From Candidatus Woesebacteria bacterium (GTDB lineage: Bacteria; Patescibacteriota; Microgenomatia; UBA8517), in NCBI GenBank assembly GCA_016432525.1, contig CP066693.1, positions 689,773 to 713,772 on the forward strand: a DNA stretch of 24,000 nt, read 5' to 3'. A program made the translations under genes and the position numbers. Below, piece after piece: positions 20,482 to 24,000 of the stretch. Positions within the stretch are counted from its first letter, which is position 1. The number at the start of each line of letters is the position of its first letter. The notes under the pieces are model-generated. The model saw only the letters and a list, made by a program, of their open reading frames with translations, was not told the origin of the DNA and ran no database searches.

Positions 20482-20628
20482 ATGAACGCAAAATCCATTA
20501 AAAACTTTAATTATCTTGCCCTAATTTGTGCAACAATTATATTGGCAGGCTTTATCATTATATTCGCAAATAGTGTTCCCAGAGTTGAAAATAGCTTCGC
20601 TAAGAACCAGATACAGCGTTCAAGATGA
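20482..20628 (+). CDS. possible 48-aa single-TM peptide
   Basis: ATG..TGA with an ATGA overlap to the next small ORF. Central hydrophobic helix. Below the track's size cut-off. Confidence 0.3.
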   Translation: MNAKSIKNFNYLALICATIILAGFIIIFANSVPRVENSFAKNQIQRSR

Positions 20629-20756
20629 AAAAAACTGCGACAATAGTCCATATTTCAAACCAATTTACCAACTACAAACCAATAGAATATTTGTTACTTG
20701 TGCCTTCAATATTATTTACCTTAAGCCTTCTTCTCTTCACTCAACTACTTAAATGA
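20625..20756 (+). CDS. possible 43-aa single-TM peptide
   Basis: ATGA overlaps at both ends (with 20482..20628 and with the DUF192 gene at 20753), suggesting translational coupling. Confidence 0.3.
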   Translation: MKKTATIVHISNQFTNYKPIEYLLLVPSILFTLSLLLFTQLLK

Positions 20757-21208
20757 AAAAGGTATTAATATTCTTCATAATCCTAGTTCTTTTTCTCCTA
20801 GGGCTTAGCTTTTTACTTCCCAAGTCTTCTCTTAAAACAATTAAAGTTAAAGATAAAAATGTTAAAGTAAGTCTTGCTAATACAAACGAACTTCGTACAA
20901 AAGGCTTGGGAGGTGTTAAATCTTTACCACAAGATCAAGGTATGCTTTTTAATTTTGATCAAAAAAATATAATACCTTCTTTTTGGATGAAAGATATGTT
21001 AATTGGCCTTGATATGATTTGGATTAGAGATGGAAAAATTATTCAGATAGACAAAAATATACCAGCTCCAAATCCAACCACCCTCGATTCATCTCTTCCT
21101 CTTTATACTCCAAAAGAAGTGATTGACCACGTTCTTGAAGTAAACGCCAACTGGTCAGACAAAAACAATGTAAAAGTTGGGGATTCAGTCGATTTAGGAA
21201 ACCTCTGA
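20753..21208 (+). CDS. DUF192 (COG1430) family protein with signal/anchor
   Basis: GLGGVKSLPQDQGMLF ... FWMKDMLIGLDMIWI ... DGKIIQI matches the DUF192 pattern as remembered. Confidence 0.65.
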   Translation: MKKVLIFFIILVLFLLGLSFLLPKSSLKTIKVKDKNVKVSLANTNELRTKGLGGVKSLPQDQGMLFNFDQKNIIPSFWMKDMLIGLDMIWIRDGKIIQIDKNIPAPNPTTLDSSLPLYTPKEVIDHVLEVNANWSDKNNVKVGDSVDLGNL

Positions 21209-22414
21209 GCTCCCAAAAGCAATTCTATCCAAAACGTGCCCTTCTGTCTTCGCCATTCGAGCAGAACATATACTAAATTCGCCATACTTTCTATTTATTA
21301 AATTAAAGGCCGTATTCAATTTCTTCTTTTTAATCTGCTCTTCAAAAACCATAAGCTGGCTCTCGTCATCCGCAACTAATTCAAAACTAGAAACTGCCAC
21401 TTGTTTAACTTTGTCTTTAAAAAAACAATACTCTACAAGCTTCAAGATCTCTCTATACACATCTCGAAAATCATAAAGAGGACAATTAAGTTTTTTTCCT
21501 TTATGCCAAAACTGATGGCTAGAAAATACCAAAGAAACATGGACTCCGGAAATTTTATAACCACTTCTTTGTGCTCTTCCTGTCATCTTTTGAGTTAGTT
21601 TCATAATGATTGGATAAGTTTGAGCAATTTCAAGAGCTTCTGGCAAAACATAAGAATTTCCAAAACTTTTCCTTCTTACAACCAAATTATCAACCTCATA
21701 TCCACGAAGCCTCAAATACCAATATCTTCCAACAATTCCACCAAAAGCTCCTCTCAAATTTTGAATACTGGATTCATAAAACTGACAAACATTATATATA
21801 CCAGCTCTATTAAGCCTTATTTTATTTCTTCTGTTTATTCCACATAAATCAACTAGCTCCAAAGAAGAATAAATCTTCCAGAAATTTTCTTTATTTATCT
21901 CAGACAATCCATCAGGCTTTTTAAGCCCAGCTGCAAGTTTAGCCAAGAATCTACTTACACCAATGCCAATAGATACCGTTACCCACTCACCAATTTCATC
22001 TTTGATATTCCTTTTAATTTGTTCTGAAACTTCACTCATTGAAAGTTCTCTCAAAATTGGAAAGCCAGAAAAGTTCAGAACAAACTCATCAATAGATCTC
22101 GGAGAAAAATCATTGGTATATCTTGAAACTATGCCTCGCAAGAGCTTGTGCACTGTTCTATATTTAGCAGGATCAGGGGGAAGTACAAAAAGATTTGGAT
22201 AAATGCGTCTTGCCTCTCTTACTCTCATTCCAGTTTTAATTCCCAGTTTTTTGGCCTCATGTGAAGAAGCCAAAATACAACCGTAATTTTCTGCGTAAGC
22301 CGCAACAACAGTAGGTTTTCCTCGCAAAAATGGGTTAGCCTGTTGCTCGATTGTTGCAAAACAGGAATTTATATCAATATGCATGATAAACGGCTCATTG
22401 AAGTTAAATTCCAT
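21194..22414 (-). CDS. dinB: Y-family DNA polymerase (DinB/Pol IV-like)
   Basis: N-terminal HIDINSCFATIEQQANPFLRGKPTVVA (catalytic D, F/Y steric gate region), followed by palm, thumb and little-finger length. Confidence 0.85.
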   Translation of the reverse strand: MEFNFNEPFIMHIDINSCFATIEQQANPFLRGKPTVVAAYAENYGCILASSHEAKKLGIKTGMRVREARRIYPNLFVLPPDPAKYRTVHKLLRGIVSRYTNDFSPRSIDEFVLNFSGFPILRELSMSEVSEQIKRNIKDEIGEWVTVSIGIGVSRFLAKLAAGLKKPDGLSEINKENFWKIYSSLELVDLCGINRRNKIRLNRAGIYNVCQFYESSIQNLRGAFGGIVGRYWYLRLRGYEVDNLVVRRKSFGNSYVLPEALEIAQTYPIIMKLTQKMTGRAQRSGYKISGVHVSLVFSSHQFWHKGKKLNCPLYDFRDVYREILKLVEYCFFKDKVKQVAVSSFELVADDESQLMVFEEQIKKKKLNTAFNLINRKYGEFSICSARMAKTEGHVLDRIAFGSSEVS

Positions 22415-22506
22415 TTCCTATTTATATACCCAAAAATAACCCAAAATCAAGAAGGGTATGATATAATACCTCATCGGAAATCTTTCAGCTCTTTGAGGAG
22501 TCAAAT

Positions 22507-22761
22507 ATGTTTGTCCAAACAGGCCGTCTCAAAAGAGAAAACAAAGCATGGGTTGTTCACCCTGACTCGTTTGAGACAATACCCCTAGCATTCGATCCTA
22601 ATCGAAACCGCATGCCAGCAAAAGTGGTTGACGAAAGGCGCATCGTCTTTTATCTTGAGCCTTTTTTCTTCCGACAACTCTCAAAACAAGAGCCACAAAT
22701 CGGTTCCCGAGTAATTTTTGAAAGGACTGGCCCACAAATCACAGCCTGGAATTATTGCTAG
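22507..22761 (+). CDS. hypothetical protein (84 aa)
   Basis: TGATATAAT box at 22459..22467, GAGGAG SD 7 nt before the ATG, and a hairpin terminator downstream. Confidence 0.6.
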   Translation: MFVQTGRLKRENKAWVVHPDSFETIPLAFDPNRNRMPAKVVDERRIVFYLEPFFFRQLSKQEPQIGSRVIFERTGPQITAWNYC

Positions 22762-22768
22762 TCCTCAT

Positions 22769-22814
22769 CCGAGGGATATCACATGACAAGTGAAATTCCC
22801 TCGGAAATTTTTTT
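22769..22814 (+). terminator. hairpin (ccgaggga / tccctcgg) followed by a T7 run
   Basis: 8-bp stem, 20-nt loop, and the T-run 22808..22814 three nt after the stem. Confidence 0.45.
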
Positions 22815-23067
22815 AGTTTACATCACAAACTTCCTCAAGCTTCCAATGAAGGTTTTCAGTATCCAATACTAGTCTTAAAAATAGAGTAGGGGTTGCAACC
22901 GAAAAAACATGATACAGATTCATACCCTTTCTATAAGTATGATGAAGTCCAATTTTAACAATAGGGTGAAGTCTTCCATTCCAAATAACCCCTTTTGGTG
23001 AGACTTTTTTCTTAACACTATCAAAAGAAAAAGAGACTGAAACAGGTTCATTAATTTTGGTTACCAT
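22813..23067 (-). CDS. hypothetical protein (84 aa)
   Basis: Intact ORF. No domain recognised. Confidence 0.45.
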   Translation of the reverse strand: MVTKINEPVSVSFSFDSVKKKVSPKGVIWNGRLHPIVKIGLHHTYRKGMNLYHVFSVATPTLFLRLVLDTENLHWKLEEVCDVN

Positions 23068-23142
23068 AAATACAAATTAACCCTTAAAAAACCCGAAGTC
23101 AACTGTATCTTTTAGTAGCTTTTATTTGCTAAACTAAGTCAA

Positions 23143-24000
23143 ATGAAAAAATATCTTATCTTTATCTTTGTTGCAACTCTCTCAAGCTTGATTGGCCTTT
23201 TTGTTGGACTCAAACTCGTGTCAAAATCAGAAGTAAAAGAAACCCCCAAGCCAGCAGAAAGAACAATGGATAAATACTCAATTGAAAATCTTGCAAAAAT
23301 TCAAATTCCAAAAGGTGAAATTAAAGTAGAAAAAACTCTACAAGAAAATCCCACCTACACCTCATATCTTTTTACTCACAATTTTGATCCAACTTTAGAA
23401 AACAAAAACGAAGCTTCTATCTCAGGCCAATTAAATGTCCCAAAAGAAAGCTCAAACTTTCCAGTTATAGTAATGGTAAGAGGCTATGTCGACAAAGAAA
23501 TTTATCAAACTGGAGTGGGAACTCAGCACGCCGGAGAATTTTTTGCACAAAACGGATTCATAACAATTGCCCCAGATTTTCTGGGGTATGGCACGTCCAG
23601 TCCTGAATCAAAAGATGTTTTAGAATCCCGCTTCCAAACCTATACAACAGTTTTAAGTATTCTTGAATCGTTAAGTTCAGTTCAAAAATGGGATCAGAAA
23701 AACGTATTTATTTGGGCTCACTCAAATGGGGGACAAATCGCTCTAACTACCCTAACAATTACAGGGAAGTCTTACCCAACTGTTCTTTGGGCACCGGTTT
23801 CCAAACCTTTTCCTTATTCAATTCTTTACTACACAGACGAACTTCCAGATGAAGGTAAATATTTAAGAGCTCAAATTGCAAAGTTTGAAAATCTCTATAA
23901 TGTAAATTTGTATTCTTTTGATAAATATCTGGATAGAATTAAAGCTCCAATTCAGGTAGAACAGGGGACTACCGACGACGCTGTCCCGGTCAAATGGACA
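23143..24000 (+). CDS. membrane-anchored alpha/beta-hydrolase (S9 peptidase / dienelactone-hydrolase-like), 3' truncated by the window edge
   Basis: ATG at 23143 and open to the window end (286 codons). N-terminal TM helix. Nucleophile-elbow-like WAHSNGG. Not in the track because no stop is reached. Confidence 0.6.
   Translation, partial: MKKYLIFIFVATLSSLIGLFVGLKLVSKSEVKETPKPAERTMDKYSIENLAKIQIPKGEIKVEKTLQENPTYTSYLFTHNFDPTLENKNEASISGQLNVPKESSNFPVIVMVRGYVDKEIYQTGVGTQHAGEFFAQNGFITIAPDFLGYGTSSPESKDVLESRFQTYTTVLSILESLSSVQKWDQKNVFIWAHSNGGQIALTTLTITGKSYPTVLWAPVSKPFPYSILYYTDELPDEGKYLRAQIAKFENLYNVNLYSFDKYLDRIKAPIQVEQGTTDDAVPVKWT

Noticed and set aside
20528-20752. 74-aa ORF (alternative start)
   Set aside because: No SD and non-membrane, odd composition. 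Two ATG-initiated single-TM mini-ORFs with ATGA overlaps (20482..20628, 20625..20756) explain the region better, though they are themselves low confidence.
21401-22588. Plus-strand ORFs inside or overlapping the dinB-like gene (21401.., 21610.., 21620.., 21963.., 22343..)
   Set aside because: Antisense to a confidently identified polymerase gene. AT-rich low-complexity translations.
1-24000. Searched for rRNA genes, tyrosine integrases, transposase/IS termini, phage structural genes and conjugation genes
   Set aside because: None recognised by eye. The only recombinase is the large serine recombinase, and the only nuclease-type mobile gene is the GIY-YIG remnant.

Overview
AT-rich bacterial chromosome segment. 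Spot counts of 60-nt lines give about 32-38% GC in host genes. It carries housekeeping genes: pyrG, a dimeric-type glycyl-tRNA synthetase, a Y-family DinB-like polymerase, a DsbA/DsbB-like pair, a DRG-type GTPase, a SAM methyltransferase, a DUF192 protein, a clan GH-A-like secreted hydrolase, and many small membrane ORFs. There are 12 tRNA genes, none with a fully encoded CCA. Many genes and tRNAs are preceded by extended -10 boxes (TGnTATAAT). This style fits a small-genome Patescibacteria/CPR-like organism, but that is inference only. No rRNA and no CRISPR array were seen.

The standout is a ~7.47 kb island (6051..13520) integrated at the 3' end of tRNA-Leu(GAG), inside a minus-strand tRNA array. 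A large serine recombinase sits at its right end. The cargo is a two-domain Fic (AMPylase) + R-S-E ADP-ribosyltransferase protein plus several unrecognisable proteins, two or three of which share a C-terminal peptide motif. The island also has a ~360 bp ORF-free GC-rich multi-hairpin region. Most unusually, it holds an internal, perfect, inverted 186-bp copy of its own predicted excision junction, so both the recombinase gene and the cargo are bracketed by perfect inverted repeats.

A second, much smaller tRNA-targeted insertion lies 300 bp to the left, at tRNA-Gly(GCC): a frameshifted GIY-YIG cassette flanked by a duplicated tRNA 3' end. A promoter-plus-terminator-defined small RNA candidate lies at 19770..19891. 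All calls come from reading the sequence and the ORF track by hand. No database search was run.
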